Assembly (NCBI GenBank): GCA_012514745.1
Contig: JAAYZR010000001.1
Span: forward strand, 7,877-71,876
Source: Candidatus Undivivens industriae
GTDB lineage: Bacteria; Omnitrophota; Gorgyraeia; Gygaellales; Profunditerraquicolaceae
Length of the DNA stretch: 64,000 nucleotides
Direction of reading: 5' to 3'
How positions within the stretch are numbered: the first letter of the stretch is position 1; the number at the start of each line of letters is the position of its first letter. Shown in pieces: positions 48,243-58,287 of this stretch. The position numbers were made by a program, and so were the translations under genes. Under the pieces are notes generated by a model, which saw only the letters and a list, made by a program, of their open reading frames with translations, searched no databases and had not been told where the DNA came from.

Positions 48243-48291
48243 GGGTTTTTCGCAAGGGGAAGAGATTAAAAAGATAACGCAGAAAGCTTGA
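48004..48291 (+). pseudogene. Truncated duplicate of the 5' end of gene 49808-51124. The start codon is lost (TTG to TTA), and the sequence diverges after 48242 to reach a stop.
   Basis: The protein MLSAPPSACPAATTVLKGCISDYSNGKPV...GIYKM is identical to residues 9-86 of the downstream gene product, then unrelated. Confidence 0.6.
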
Positions 48292-48351
48292 CTCGCCAAC
48301 TAAATTGGTATATACTCCTAATTAGTAATACTAATTAGGAGGGTCGTCCAA

Positions 48352-49515
48352 ATGAAAAATATCCCGAGAAGATTAGATATGCGGTTGCCGCATCACCAAT
48401 CCGCCTTTTTATGGGGGGCCAGAAAAACCGGAAAATCCACATATTTAAAAGAGAGATTTCCTAATAGCGTAGTGTATGATTTCTTAAAAACGGATTTGTT
48501 TTTTGAAATGTCAAAGAATCCTTCACTTTTGCGGGAACAACTGCTTGCAAAAGACGAAACTTTATTAAAAGAACCGGTAATACTTGATGAGGTGCAAAAA
48601 GTTCCGCAAGTGCTTGATGAAGTGCACTGGCTGATAGAGAATAAAGGGTTGAGATTTGTGCTTTGCGGTTCAAGCGCGAGAAAACTGAAAAGAGGCTATG
48701 CTAATCTACTGGGAGGCAGGGCATGGCGTTATGAACTTTTTCCGCTTGTCAGTCAGGAAATAACAAAATTTGATCTGTTGCGCGCTTTAAATCACGGTTT
48801 GATTCCGTTTCATTATTTGCAAGACGACATAGATTATAAGAAATCTTTAGAGGCTTATGTGCAGGATTATTTGGGTCAAGAGGTTTTTGCTGAGGGCTTA
48901 ACACGCAATATTCCCGCGTTTTCAAGGTTTTTTGACGCTTTCGCCTATTCGCATGGCGAGATAACCAATTATTGTAATATTGCCCGTGAATGCGGTGTAG
49001 ATTCTAAGACGGTCAAGGAGTATTACCAGATACTCATAGATACGCTATTGGCAATACGAGTAGAACCTTTTAAGAAAAAACAATCGCGGCAGGTGATAAC
49101 GAAGGCCTCTAAGTATTATATGTTCGATGTCGGAGTAGCGGGGTATTTGACAAAACGTCATTTAACCGAAATAAGAGGCGCTGAATTCGGGAAGGCGTTC
49201 GAACACTTCCTGCTTATGGAGATGATCGCTTATAGATCTTATGCGGGGAAGGATTTTGCGATAAATTTTTGGAGGACAAAATCGGGACTGGAAGTGGATT
49301 TTGTGCTGGGCATGGGAGAGATTGCTATAGAAGTAAAAGGGAGCGCTCGAATTGATGGAAAAGATATGAACGGGTTGCAGGCTTTTGCCAAGGAGTGTCC
49401 TTCGAAAAGGAGTATTTTAGTTTGTAATGAAAAGGGAAAAAGACTACACGGTAAAATAGAAATATCACCATGGGAGATTTTTTTGCAGGAGTTGTGGTCG
49501 GGAAAAATATTGTGA
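48352..49515 (+). CDS. AAA family ATPase (AAA_14 / DUF4143 domain)
   Basis: Carries the Walker A GARKTGKST. A DEVQ Walker B-like motif is present. The C-terminus is DUF4143-like. The gene has low GC (~38-40%) versus its surroundings and is flanked by the 356-bp direct repeats. Confidence 0.75.
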   Translation: MKNIPRRLDMRLPHHQSAFLWGARKTGKSTYLKERFPNSVVYDFLKTDLFFEMSKNPSLLREQLLAKDETLLKEPVILDEVQKVPQVLDEVHWLIENKGLRFVLCGSSARKLKRGYANLLGGRAWRYELFPLVSQEITKFDLLRALNHGLIPFHYLQDDIDYKKSLEAYVQDYLGQEVFAEGLTRNIPAFSRFFDAFAYSHGEITNYCNIARECGVDSKTVKEYYQILIDTLLAIRVEPFKKKQSRQVITKASKYYMFDVGVAGYLTKRHLTEIRGAEFGKAFEHFLLMEMIAYRSYAGKDFAINFWRTKSGLEVDFVLGMGEIAIEVKGSARIDGKDMNGLQAFAKECPSKRSILVCNEKGKRLHGKIEISPWEIFLQELWSGKIL

Positions 49516-49689
49516 GATAGAGTGCGTAAGCTCCGGGGAGGTCGCCTTAATAAGCAACCGGTCGAATAAACGCTGTGTACCGGCGAAGCATTGACTTCGC
49601 CGGAAAATAGAAGGAGATGGACTCTACTCTCTTAATGGGGTTTTCGAGAACCAAGACATAATCCGGCCCAGCCCTTTTTATATTTTTTC

Positions 49690-50046
49690 TTGACAAACCC
49701 GTTGTCTCTGATAGAGTTAAGTTAATAATTTCTTCCGGTCGATTCGGCTAAAAGACGATTCGCGTAAGCTTGAGGTATTAGCCATTCGTCATTTAAGTAA
49801 GCCCGGATTGCGGTTTTTTCTTTTTCTTCTGGCGTTGTTATCCGCGCCTCCTTCTGCCTGTCCCGCCGCTACCACCGTTCTCAAAGGTTGTATAAGCGAT
49901 TATTCCAACGGCAAGCCGGTTACCGCCGCGATAGTCTCCCTTGAAGCTTTTGCCGTAATCCGCAAGCGCATCAGGATTTCCACTGCCGGCAATGCCGCAG
50001 GTGAATACCGTATCGAGGCGCTTTTGCCTTCGGGTATTTACAAGAT
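49690..50046 (+). repeat. Direct repeat copy 2 (intact copy, including the native promoter and 5' end of gene 49808)
   Basis: See copy 1. Confidence 0.9.
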
Positions 50047-51124
50047 CGAATGTTCCGGGCAGGGGTATAGAAAATATTCGGCGCTGGTGAATATCGCGTC
50101 AGGCCGTTTACAGCGGCGGGATATCCGGCTTATACCGTTGCGCAAGCCGCCCAACCGCGCCCCCGTGATAAAGGGAGTCATCCCGGAGGAAGGCAGGGAA
50201 ATATTGTGCGGGGCGGAAACGCGCGTAAGCGTCTGCGCCTTCGATCCCGAGGGAGGCCCGCTGGAATACCGTTTCCTCTGCGGTCAAAGCGTTCTAAGGG
50301 ACTGGAAGAGAGATCCGGCCTGTATTTGGGAGGCCCCGGCTGAACCAGCGGACGAGGTTTTTATCCTTTGCCAGGCAAGAGACCGGGCCGGCCTTATCGC
50401 GGAGAAGAATGTTCGTTACCGCTTGTTCAAACCGTCCCCGGCCGCTATCCTGGAGAAAGTAAAAGCGAATTATTCCGGCGTGAACGATTTCAGCGCGCAG
50501 ATGCGTTTCGAATCTCATTCCGGACTGCCGGACGGCCATACTGTGAAATACTGCAGATATTATTTTCTGGCTCCGGACAAGGAACGCACTGATAGTTACG
50601 CTAAGCCGGCCGCCGCGGGCATACCGGAGCAAACGCTTATCGTAAATAAGGATAAGCTTGTCTTCATTGCCGGTTCGCAGCGCCGGGAAGTGGACCTGAA
50701 ACGGGAATTTTCCGATTCAGGGCTGGACATAAACATCCTTAATGTCTGCTACGCCGCGGACGATTTTGTTTCCGGGCACGAGATAAAGCTGGACCGGTCA
50801 GCCGGCGACGCCGGCAATCTCATATTCGCGCTGGAAGCGGTCCCGCTGAAAGAGAACTCGCTTTATAAAAAACTTTTACTGCGCGTGGACTACCGCAGAG
50901 GCGTGATCAGCGGTTTCGATATCTATACCGCCGGAGAAGACGGCGAAGGAATACGGCTTAGGCAGTCTATCCGCGTCCTTAAAACAAAAGAGTTCCCCGG
51001 AAAGATATTCCTGCCGATGCGGATGAAAAAAACCGTTTACCTGGGCGGGGGAGAGATACGCTCGGAGATAAGTTACAGCCAGGCGCGCCTTAATAGCGGC
51101 TTGAGCGGGAAGAAATTCAAATGA
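49808..51124 (+). CDS. Secreted protein with an N-terminal CarboxypepD_reg-like domain and a C-terminal LolA-like region
   Basis: TTG start. The signal peptide is MRFFLFLLALLSAPPSA. The motif LKGCISDYSNGKPVTAAIVSLEA...GEYRIEALLPSGIYKIECSGQGYRKY matches the carboxypeptidase regulatory-like domain pattern. Confidence 0.55.
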   Translation: MRFFLFLLALLSAPPSACPAATTVLKGCISDYSNGKPVTAAIVSLEAFAVIRKRIRISTAGNAAGEYRIEALLPSGIYKIECSGQGYRKYSALVNIASGRLQRRDIRLIPLRKPPNRAPVIKGVIPEEGREILCGAETRVSVCAFDPEGGPLEYRFLCGQSVLRDWKRDPACIWEAPAEPADEVFILCQARDRAGLIAEKNVRYRLFKPSPAAILEKVKANYSGVNDFSAQMRFESHSGLPDGHTVKYCRYYFLAPDKERTDSYAKPAAAGIPEQTLIVNKDKLVFIAGSQRREVDLKREFSDSGLDINILNVCYAADDFVSGHEIKLDRSAGDAGNLIFALEAVPLKENSLYKKLLLRVDYRRGVISGFDIYTAGEDGEGIRLRQSIRVLKTKEFPGKIFLPMRMKKTVYLGGGEIRSEISYSQARLNSGLSGKKFK

Positions 51125-51687
51125 CGGCGCCAAAAAATAATACTTTTCGAAGAACGGCCGGCCGGTTCGCTTTATGTTTTATGGCCGGGATGTATCTGGT
51201 TTTCGTTCTGGCGGTATTCATACCATTTCCCAAAGGTTATTTTCCGCAAGCCCTGGGAACGGCCTTGTTGCTGGCGGTCTTTTCGTTCTTCAACGGGACT
51301 ATACTGCTGGGCGCGTTTATAGCCGTTATCCTCGGGATGATTTGCGCCAAATGGTTCCTGGCTATATGCCGTCGCAAAACAGGGCTATCTGAAAAAAAGG
51401 CTAAGCGCATAAAATTAACTTTTTGTCTTGGATTAGCGGCATTGGGTATTTTGTTACTGGTGCCGATATATCATCTTGCGGGAAGTTTCAATTCACCTAA
51501 AGAGCAGATTTGGGAAGTGGATACTGACAAAAATGGTAAGACTGATAAGTGGATACATCACGATATGAAATACAATTTGCGTGAGATTGATTATGATACG
51601 GATGGAGACGGCAAAGCCGACCTCTTTGAGTATTACGATAAGCGCGGCCAATTAAAGCAAAGGACCAGAGAGAGTCTTAAGAAATGA
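51121..51687 (+). CDS. Small membrane protein with C-terminal Dx[DN]xDG Ca-binding-like repeats
   Basis: Three predicted TM helices. The C-terminus DTDKNGKTDKWIHHD...DYDTDGDGKADLFEYYD belongs to the same repeat family as the 7478-7933 protein. Confidence 0.6.
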   Translation: MTAPKNNTFRRTAGRFALCFMAGMYLVFVLAVFIPFPKGYFPQALGTALLLAVFSFFNGTILLGAFIAVILGMICAKWFLAICRRKTGLSEKKAKRIKLTFCLGLAALGILLLVPIYHLAGSFNSPKEQIWEVDTDKNGKTDKWIHHDMKYNLREIDYDTDGDGKADLFEYYDKRGQLKQRTRESLKK

Positions 51688-51783
51688 AAGTAGGAGGTGG
51701 AATTTCCGCCACTTACGCGGTGGCGAGACGCCATTGTTAGATAAGTTTCTGATGATTGAGAATCGAAATTAGAGTGGAAGGCT

Positions 51784-54063
51784 ATGAGACGCAGGGGAAA
51801 AGTCGTAATAGTTCTTGTTTTGTTCCGGCTGATGTGCGCCTCTGCCGGAAAAGCGCAGGTGCTCGATAGCTGGAACGACAGCCGTGCCTATAAACCTGTG
51901 CCGGTGCTTTTTCTGCACGGTTTCGCCAAAGGAAATCCGGCCGACTGGGAAACGGTAATCAATACCCTCCAGCCTTATTTCGGCCCCTACCGGCAGATCG
52001 GCCCCTACCTGGAGACGCTGGATTTCCAGGATCCCAACGGCTCCATTGATACTTATCCTCCGGGCAAACTCAATCCCCAGGGCAACAACCGCGGCTGGGC
52101 GGATAAACTCGCCATTAAGATCGAAGAACTGCTTTCTTCCGCGAAATACGGGGTCTATTGCGCAGGGGTGAATATAGTGGCGCATTCCATGGGCGGACTG
52201 GCAGCGCGTTATTATCTGGCAGTCAACTCTTCTGCCAATGTGCCGAAATTAATCCTGGTGGGGGTGCCGAACCTCGGGACGCCGCTGTCTTCAGCCGCCA
52301 ACGGTTTATCTTTAGTCCAGGAATTGGGATGGGGGCTTTTTTTAGGCCCCAGTGTGTATCTTGTCCCACTCAATTACTCGGCTTTGGAGTCGGCTTTTTC
52401 CAATTTGCTGGAGATTGACTTTAAAGGGTATGCAATTGATGATATGGACAATTCTAATTTTGGAAGCGGCTTTTTACAATATTTAAACAAAATACCGCAA
52501 TCTTCTATAACGAGCTATTCTATAATAGTAGGCAAATATGGAAGTTTATTAAACTTATTATTATTTCAAGATTGGGATGCAGGAGATTCAGTGGTTCATA
52601 CGAAGAGTCAGTTGGGGACAGATACTATATTTTCAAATAATGTTAGCTATATAAAATCCGCCCATTGGCAAGAGCCTAAAAACATCGCCTTAGAGAAGGA
52701 GAGTCCGGTATTGAAATTTCTGGATTCCGATCTCCCGGTTATCGAGATAAACGAACCTGCTCAAAGCGAAGTAGAAACCAGCGAGGGAACTATAGATTTA
52801 AAAGGAAAACTATTCAAGGAATATCTGCCCGCGGACACAAAACTGCTGGTTACCGTTTCAAGCTCCGGGGAAAAAGAACCTTTTCCGGAGCAGGAGTTTC
52901 CTATGCTGCCGACGGATCTCTGGCAGGCGGGAGACCCTAATTCTCCGGTGGCGGAATTCGTTGCCCGGGTCATTCTTCCGGGAGAGGGCGAATTCAAGGT
53001 TGCTGTCAGGGCAGTTAATCCCGCCGGGGCCGGTTCCGAGGAATTGACTTTTACGGTCAAGACTTCTTCAAGCGGGCCGGTGATAGAAGTAATACAACCG
53101 CAGGGGATGATAGCCTCCTCGCGCCCTCTGCTTTACGGGCGCGCACGCGCCCAAGGGGAAGCCGGCCTGGAGCTGTCGTCATTAAGCATAAGCCTTGACG
53201 GCTCGGCCCAGGCCGTTACAAAGGATTTTATTGACGAAACTTTCTCGTCAGCCGAAGCGTATTGCACGCCGTCTTCCGGGCTCGCTTCCGGCGAGCACTC
53301 GGTAGTTTTCACTGCCTGCGATACCGACGGCCGCTGTGCCTCACGGCAATGGAGTTTTACGATGCTGGATCTTATGGACCCCTCGGGCCCGCAAGGGCTT
53401 GAGCCTCCTGCCGGCGGATATGTCTGGCGGGAGTTGGGGGTGAGCGCTTCTCGCGATGATAATCTGGCTTATTGTTATGAGTCTTCACGTGAATATGATG
53501 ACGTGAATGAAGATACTTTCGCCCGAAAACTGAATGAGGTCAAGGATGCCAGCCTTTCTGCCGCGCCGCTGGCTTACCACGACGGCAACGTTATGGGGGT
53601 GTATATAGTTTGGCAGGGAAAAAGCTTCTACTCTCTCTACGGTGACGCCAGCGCTATCTTCGACAAGTGCACTTTCTTTCAGCAGACTGCGCACACTCTA
53701 TCCATGGGCTTCGAGAGTATCCCGGTATATACATGCGCGATTTTCAGTTGCTCCCATCAGAACTGTTGTTCTTCTTATGTAAAGAACGTTACCCTGGAGG
53801 TGGACGATAAATTCAGGATGAGCCTGGACAAAAAACTGCAGACAGCGATGTTCCGCAGGATGGATCCTTCTTTACCGACCCATAATATCTCGATAGTCAT
53901 TCCTTATTACGGGCCGCGGGTGATATTGAAATATTCGATGGATCCCTTTCAATATTCGCTCGCGGATAACTCCATTCCCGAGTTTTGGCCGCGCAACTTC
54001 CGCGTTCACGATCAGACTCATTTCGACCTCTCGGTCAGAATCTATGGGTGGCAAAAACAATAG
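51784..54063 (+). CDS. Secreted alpha/beta-hydrolase (lipase/PGAP1-like) protein with C-terminal Ig-like/beta-sandwich domains
   Basis: A signal peptide is present. Carries PVLFLHGF and the nucleophile elbow AHSMGG. The C-terminal region is long (about 520 aa of the 759-aa protein) and beta-rich. Confidence 0.65.
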   Translation: MRRRGKVVIVLVLFRLMCASAGKAQVLDSWNDSRAYKPVPVLFLHGFAKGNPADWETVINTLQPYFGPYRQIGPYLETLDFQDPNGSIDTYPPGKLNPQGNNRGWADKLAIKIEELLSSAKYGVYCAGVNIVAHSMGGLAARYYLAVNSSANVPKLILVGVPNLGTPLSSAANGLSLVQELGWGLFLGPSVYLVPLNYSALESAFSNLLEIDFKGYAIDDMDNSNFGSGFLQYLNKIPQSSITSYSIIVGKYGSLLNLLLFQDWDAGDSVVHTKSQLGTDTIFSNNVSYIKSAHWQEPKNIALEKESPVLKFLDSDLPVIEINEPAQSEVETSEGTIDLKGKLFKEYLPADTKLLVTVSSSGEKEPFPEQEFPMLPTDLWQAGDPNSPVAEFVARVILPGEGEFKVAVRAVNPAGAGSEELTFTVKTSSSGPVIEVIQPQGMIASSRPLLYGRARAQGEAGLELSSLSISLDGSAQAVTKDFIDETFSSAEAYCTPSSGLASGEHSVVFTACDTDGRCASRQWSFTMLDLMDPSGPQGLEPPAGGYVWRELGVSASRDDNLAYCYESSREYDDVNEDTFARKLNEVKDASLSAAPLAYHDGNVMGVYIVWQGKSFYSLYGDASAIFDKCTFFQQTAHTLSMGFESIPVYTCAIFSCSHQNCCSSYVKNVTLEVDDKFRMSLDKKLQTAMFRRMDPSLPTHNISIVIPYYGPRVILKYSMDPFQYSLADNSIPEFWPRNFRVHDQTHFDLSVRIYGWQKQ

Positions 54064-54245
54064 TATTCCGGGGACACAATACTTAATTCGGCAACGGGGA
54101 TGGTAACGAAGCCCGTTTCGGTTGTCGGTCACGGGGACGGCTTAAAACGAAAGACGCAAGACGATTGACGATACTCCCGTCACTGAAGTTCTGGCGAGAT
54201 TAATACAAAGGCAGCGTCCCCGATTAACGATAGACGGCAGGTGAA
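54064..54245. repeat. Intergenic repeat element, copy C (complete). It begins at the stop codon of the upstream gene.
   Basis: The modules ttccggggacacaatacttaattcggcaacgg...ggtaacgaagcccgtttcggttgtcggtcacgg and ttctggcgagat...cgattaacgatagacggcag match copies A and B at 7934-8575. Confidence 0.55.
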
Positions 54246-54536
54246 CTTTACTCAAACCGCAGAAATCTCTGATTTTCCGCGCTTCGAACACTATCTTCAG
54301 ACAGCCAGACCTAATGCCTGAACTCCGCACATATCCTATATCTTTCTGCCTTATAGGCGGTTAGACAAAAAAATATTGTGTTTTATCCGAAAAGTAGTAT
54401 ACTTGATACGTTCGGCAGCGTTTAAGCCGTATCCAACAAGGCTCGGAGAAAAAGACCTGCCTTCAATATCAATCCCGTCAACCACGGCCTTTAAGCCGCA
54501 GTGCTCAAGGATTGATTTAAGAAACGGAGGTGTCCT

Positions 54537-54809
54537 GTGACGAAGAAAGACATAATTCTTAAAGTCTCGGATGATACGAAATTGAAGCAGATAGACGTGA
54601 AAAAGGTCGTGCAAAAGACCTTTGACTCCATCCTGGATGCTCTCGTGCGCGGTGAGAAGATAGAGCTCAGGAATTTCGGGATTTTCAAGATCAAAGAGAG
54701 AAAAAGCAGAACAGGCAGAAATCCCCGCACAGGGCAGACTGTCCCTGTCCCGCCGCGTAAAGTGGTAGTTTTTAAACCGGGACTGGAAATGAAGAAGCTG
54801 GTAAAATAA
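54537..54809 (+). CDS. HU/IHF family DNA-binding protein
   Basis: GTG start. Carries the conserved ELRNFGIFKIKERKSRTGRNPRTGQTVPVPPRKVVVFKPG arm. Confidence 0.85.
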   Translation: MTKKDIILKVSDDTKLKQIDVKKVVQKTFDSILDALVRGEKIELRNFGIFKIKERKSRTGRNPRTGQTVPVPPRKVVVFKPGLEMKKLVK

Positions 54810-54996
54810 CCCGCCTGGTGTGCTGTTTTACGTTGGTTTTCCGAAAAACACATAAAGTCAGTTCCCGCGCCTCGATAGAATACAGGCCGGGGTCCCGGCA
54901 GTCAAAAGGCCTTGAAGTTCCGGGAGCTATAATCGAAAAATAGGGACCGGGCAGACTTTCGGTTATCACCGCTTTTCATCCCGCGTCATACTATCT

Positions 54997-56253
54997 ATGT
55001 TCAAAAAAGTCCTGGGAACCAGAGATATCCTGCCGGAAGAAGCGGTTTTATGGCGGAATGCCGAGAACGCCGGCAGAAAAGTATTCGCTTTATACAATTA
55101 CCGCGAGATAAGGACTCCCGTGATAGAAGAGGCGGCGCTTTACGCCCGCAGTCTGGGAGGCTCCACAGAGATCGTCGGTAAGCAGATGTTCCTCATAGAG
55201 CGGGGCGAGGACAGCTACGCCTTGAGGCCTGAAGGCACCGCTTCCGTTGTCCGCGCTTATGTGGAGAACGGGTTGGATAAAAGCCAGGGGTTCGCCAAAC
55301 TTTTTTATATAGGCCCGATGTTCCGCGCGGAGAGGCCGCAGAAAGGACGCCTGCGCCAGTTCCATCACATAGGCTGTGAAGCGCTGGGGTCTTCCGATCC
55401 CTGCCTGGATAGCGAGATCATAACGCTGGCCGATGCGCTTCTTAAGGCCTGGGGCATAAGCGGGTATGAGATACTCGTCAACTCGCTGGGCTGCCTTCAG
55501 GACAAGCAAAAGCTGACGGAAGGCCTGCGCGCGTCATTACAGGACAAGCGCGCAGAGCTCTGTCCGGAATGCCTGCAGCGCCTGGACGTCAATGTCCTGC
55601 GCATCCTTGACTGCAAAAATGAGGGCTGCCGCCGCGCCGTTGCCGGTTTGAACCTCGAAAGCGGCCATTTATGTCCGGATTGCGCCGGGCATTTCAGGTC
55701 GGTATTATCAGGTTTGGATTCCTGCGGGGTAAAATATACGCTTTCCTCGTCCCTGGTGCGGGGGCTTGATTATTACACGCGCACGGTTTTCGAGATCACT
55801 CACTCCGGCTTGGGCTCGCAGAACGCCATAGGAGCCGGAGGCAGATACGATAATTTGATAGCGGAGCTGGGAGGGCCTGATAAAGGGGCCTGCGGGTTCG
55901 CTTTCGGTATGGAAAGGGTAATGCTTGTTTCGCAGGCGCAGGCGCCGGACGCCGACGGGCCGCGGGTTTACATCGTGCCTCTGGGGACAGGGGCGCGCGC
56001 CGCTTGCCCCGGGATACTGGCGGAACTGCGCGCCTCCGGGATATCCGCCGATACGGATTACGAAGGCAAATCCATAAAAGGCGCGATGCGCGCGGCCAAC
56101 TCGCAGGGAGCTAAACTCGCTCTGATAATCGGTGAAGACGAACTCAAAAACGGCACGGTGCTGATAAAGGATATGTCCACCGGCTCCCAGGAGCCCGCGG
56201 CGAGGGATGCGCTTATAGAAGCGGTAAAAGAAAGGTTCAAGGAAAATGTATAG
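54997..56253 (+). CDS. hisS: Histidine--tRNA ligase
   Basis: The N-terminus [13 protein letters not shown], the class II motifs and the C-terminal anticodon-binding domain are present. Confidence 0.9.
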   Translation: MFKKVLGTRDILPEEAVLWRNAENAGRKVFALYNYREIRTPVIEEAALYARSLGGSTEIVGKQMFLIERGEDSYALRPEGTASVVRAYVENGLDKSQGFAKLFYIGPMFRAERPQKGRLRQFHHIGCEALGSSDPCLDSEIITLADALLKAWGISGYEILVNSLGCLQDKQKLTEGLRASLQDKRAELCPECLQRLDVNVLRILDCKNEGCRRAVAGLNLESGHLCPDCAGHFRSVLSGLDSCGVKYTLSSSLVRGLDYYTRTVFEITHSGLGSQNAIGAGGRYDNLIAELGGPDKGACGFAFGMERVMLVSQAQAPDADGPRVYIVPLGTGARAACPGILAELRASGISADTDYEGKSIKGAMRAANSQGAKLALIIGEDELKNGTVLIKDMSTGSQEPAARDALIEAVKERFKENV

Positions 56254-57637
56254 GACCCATACATGCGGTGAACTACGCGCCGCGGACGAGGGAAAGGAAG
56301 CGGTGCTTTGCGGCTGGGTGGCGCGCCGCAGGGACCACGGTAAGCTTATTTTTATAGATATCCGCGATCGTTACGGCCTGACCCAGGTTGTTTTCATACC
56401 GAAAGAGGCGCCGGAGGCTTACGCGCTGGCGCAGGAACTACGCAGTGAATACGTGATAAAATTGACGGGAAAGGTCAACCGCAGGCCGCAGAATACGGTC
56501 AACCCCAAGCTTGCCACCGGAGAGGTGGAGGTGCTGGGAGAGAAACTCGAGATACTGAACGCCAGCCTTACTCCTCCTTTCGAGATAGAGGACGGGGGAG
56601 AGATAAACGAAGAGATGCGCCTGCAATACCGTTACCTGGACCTGCGCAGGCCGGCGGCTTTCGGCAATTTCGCGATGCGGCATAAACTTTATACGATAAT
56701 ACGCGGGTATTTGAACGCCGCCGATTTTCTGGAATGCGAGACCCCGATCCTCACGAAATCCACGCCTGAAGGGGCGCGGGATTATCTCGTGCCATCCAGG
56801 GTCAACCGCGGTATGTTTTACGCCCTGCCGCAGTCGCCCCAGCTTTTCAAGCAGATATTGATGGTTTCGGGTATCGAGAGGTATTATCAGATCGCCAAGT
56901 GTTTTCGGGACGAGGACCTGCGCGCGGACCGCCAGCCGGAATTCACCCAGTTGGATATCGAGATGTCTTTCGTGCGGGAAGAAGACATATTTGCCCTCAC
57001 CGAAGGGTTGATGCAAAAGATAGTCAAGGAATTGAAAGGGACGCAGATAAAAACGCCTTTCCCGCGCCTGACATACGCGCAGGCGCAGGAAAAATACGGC
57101 AGCGACAAACCTGACCTGCGGCCCGAGACGGGAGAACCGTTCGCTTTCGTCTGGGTTGTGGATTTTCCTCTTTTTAAATTCAACCGGGAGGAAAACCGCT
57201 GGGAGAGCGAGCACCACCCGTTCACCTCTCCCCATCCGGAAGACATCGGCCTGCTGGAGACCGCCCCGGACAAGGCGCGTTCCCGTTCTTACGACCTGGT
57301 GCTCAACGGCGCCGAACTGGGGTCGGGTTCGATAAGGATACACCGCCCGGAATTGCAGGAAAAGATATTCAAGATCATCGGCCTGAACGACGAAGAGGCG
57401 CAGAAGCGTTTCGGTTTTCTTCTGAACGCTTTTAAATACGGGGCGCCTCCGCACGGCGGAGCGGCTTTCGGTATCGACAGATTGTTATCCATACTGGCGG
57501 GAGAGAGCAGTATACGCGAAGTGATCGCTTTTCCCAAGAACAGCGCCGCCTGCTGTCCGTTGACCGGAGCGCCTTCGGATGTGGAAGAAAAGCAGTTAAA
57601 AGAGTTGAATCTCGTTTTGAAGAAACCGGCCGCCTGA
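56246..57637 (+). CDS. aspS: Aspartate--tRNA ligase (short form lacking the GAD insertion domain)
   Basis: The OB-fold N-terminus, class II motifs ([39 protein letters not shown]; GAAFGIDRL) are present. At 463 aa there is no GAD insert between motifs 2 and 3. It overlaps hisS by 8 nt. Confidence 0.88.
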   Translation: MYRTHTCGELRAADEGKEAVLCGWVARRRDHGKLIFIDIRDRYGLTQVVFIPKEAPEAYALAQELRSEYVIKLTGKVNRRPQNTVNPKLATGEVEVLGEKLEILNASLTPPFEIEDGGEINEEMRLQYRYLDLRRPAAFGNFAMRHKLYTIIRGYLNAADFLECETPILTKSTPEGARDYLVPSRVNRGMFYALPQSPQLFKQILMVSGIERYYQIAKCFRDEDLRADRQPEFTQLDIEMSFVREEDIFALTEGLMQKIVKELKGTQIKTPFPRLTYAQAQEKYGSDKPDLRPETGEPFAFVWVVDFPLFKFNREENRWESEHHPFTSPHPEDIGLLETAPDKARSRSYDLVLNGAELGSGSIRIHRPELQEKIFKIIGLNDEEAQKRFGFLLNAFKYGAPPHGGAAFGIDRLLSILAGESSIREVIAFPKNSAACCPLTGAPSDVEEKQLKELNLVLKKPAA

Positions 57638-57703
57638 CGCGGGGCAAGGGCAGAGGCTCGGCATAAAAAATAACGTAAAGGAATAACCTTCCGGGAGGGA
57701 AAA

Positions 57704-58249
57704 ATGAAGAAAGAAACCAGGCTTTTGGGGATATTGACGCTGTCGGCATTCGTCCTTTCCGGGTGTCTGGTAAGCACCAGAACATACCCGTTGACCAAAG
57801 AGCGCGTTGACCAGAATCTTTCTTCCGGCAACCGCGGGTATCTGACGGGACAGCCGCCCGCCGAAGAAGCCGGCAAAGACAGGAAGACCACGCGCGTTAC
57901 GCAGGTGGTAGAGGTGGAGTTCGGCAGCCGGGAAAAAAGCAAAACCTCGGCACAGGCGCCCGCCGCACAGGTTGACTCCGAGCCCCAGGCGAGCGAAGAA
58001 TTATACCAGGAAGATGAGTTGCAGGATGAAGCTCCGGTATCCCGGAATTACAAGAAATACACGGTGCAGAAGAACGATACCCTGCAGAAGATATCCGAGA
58101 AATTCTACGGCACTACCCGCAAGTGGATGAAAATCTACGAGGCAAACCGGGACGCGCTCAAGGGGCCGAACAAGATATACCCGGGCCAGACGATAAACAT
58201 CCCGGACGAAGGCATACTGTTGAAGGAAACCGAAGAGAACCTGAAATGA
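57704..58249 (+). CDS. LysM domain-containing lipoprotein
   Basis: The lipobox is LSGC. The C-terminal LysM is YTVQKNDTLQKISEKFYG...IYPGQTINIP. Confidence 0.8.
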   Translation: MKKETRLLGILTLSAFVLSGCLVSTRTYPLTKERVDQNLSSGNRGYLTGQPPAEEAGKDRKTTRVTQVVEVEFGSREKSKTSAQAPAAQVDSEPQASEELYQEDELQDEAPVSRNYKKYTVQKNDTLQKISEKFYGTTRKWMKIYEANRDALKGPNKIYPGQTINIPDEGILLKETEENLK

Positions 58250-58287
58250 CGGGCCTCCGCGTTAGCACAGAGGAAGACAAAAGATAG

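Noticed and set aside
48031-48291. 86-aa ORF as an independent small gene
   Set aside because: It is a truncated duplicate of the N-terminus of the 49808-51124 gene inside the direct repeat. The native TTG start is mutated to TTA in this copy. It is called a pseudogene fragment instead.
56438-57454. 338-aa minus-strand ORF inside aspS. Similar long antisense ORFs occur inside the 7TM-HD gene (59714-60739), panE (61916-62869), polX (63119-63997) and dmpF-like (32867-33715).
   Set aside because: All are antisense to well-supported conserved genes.
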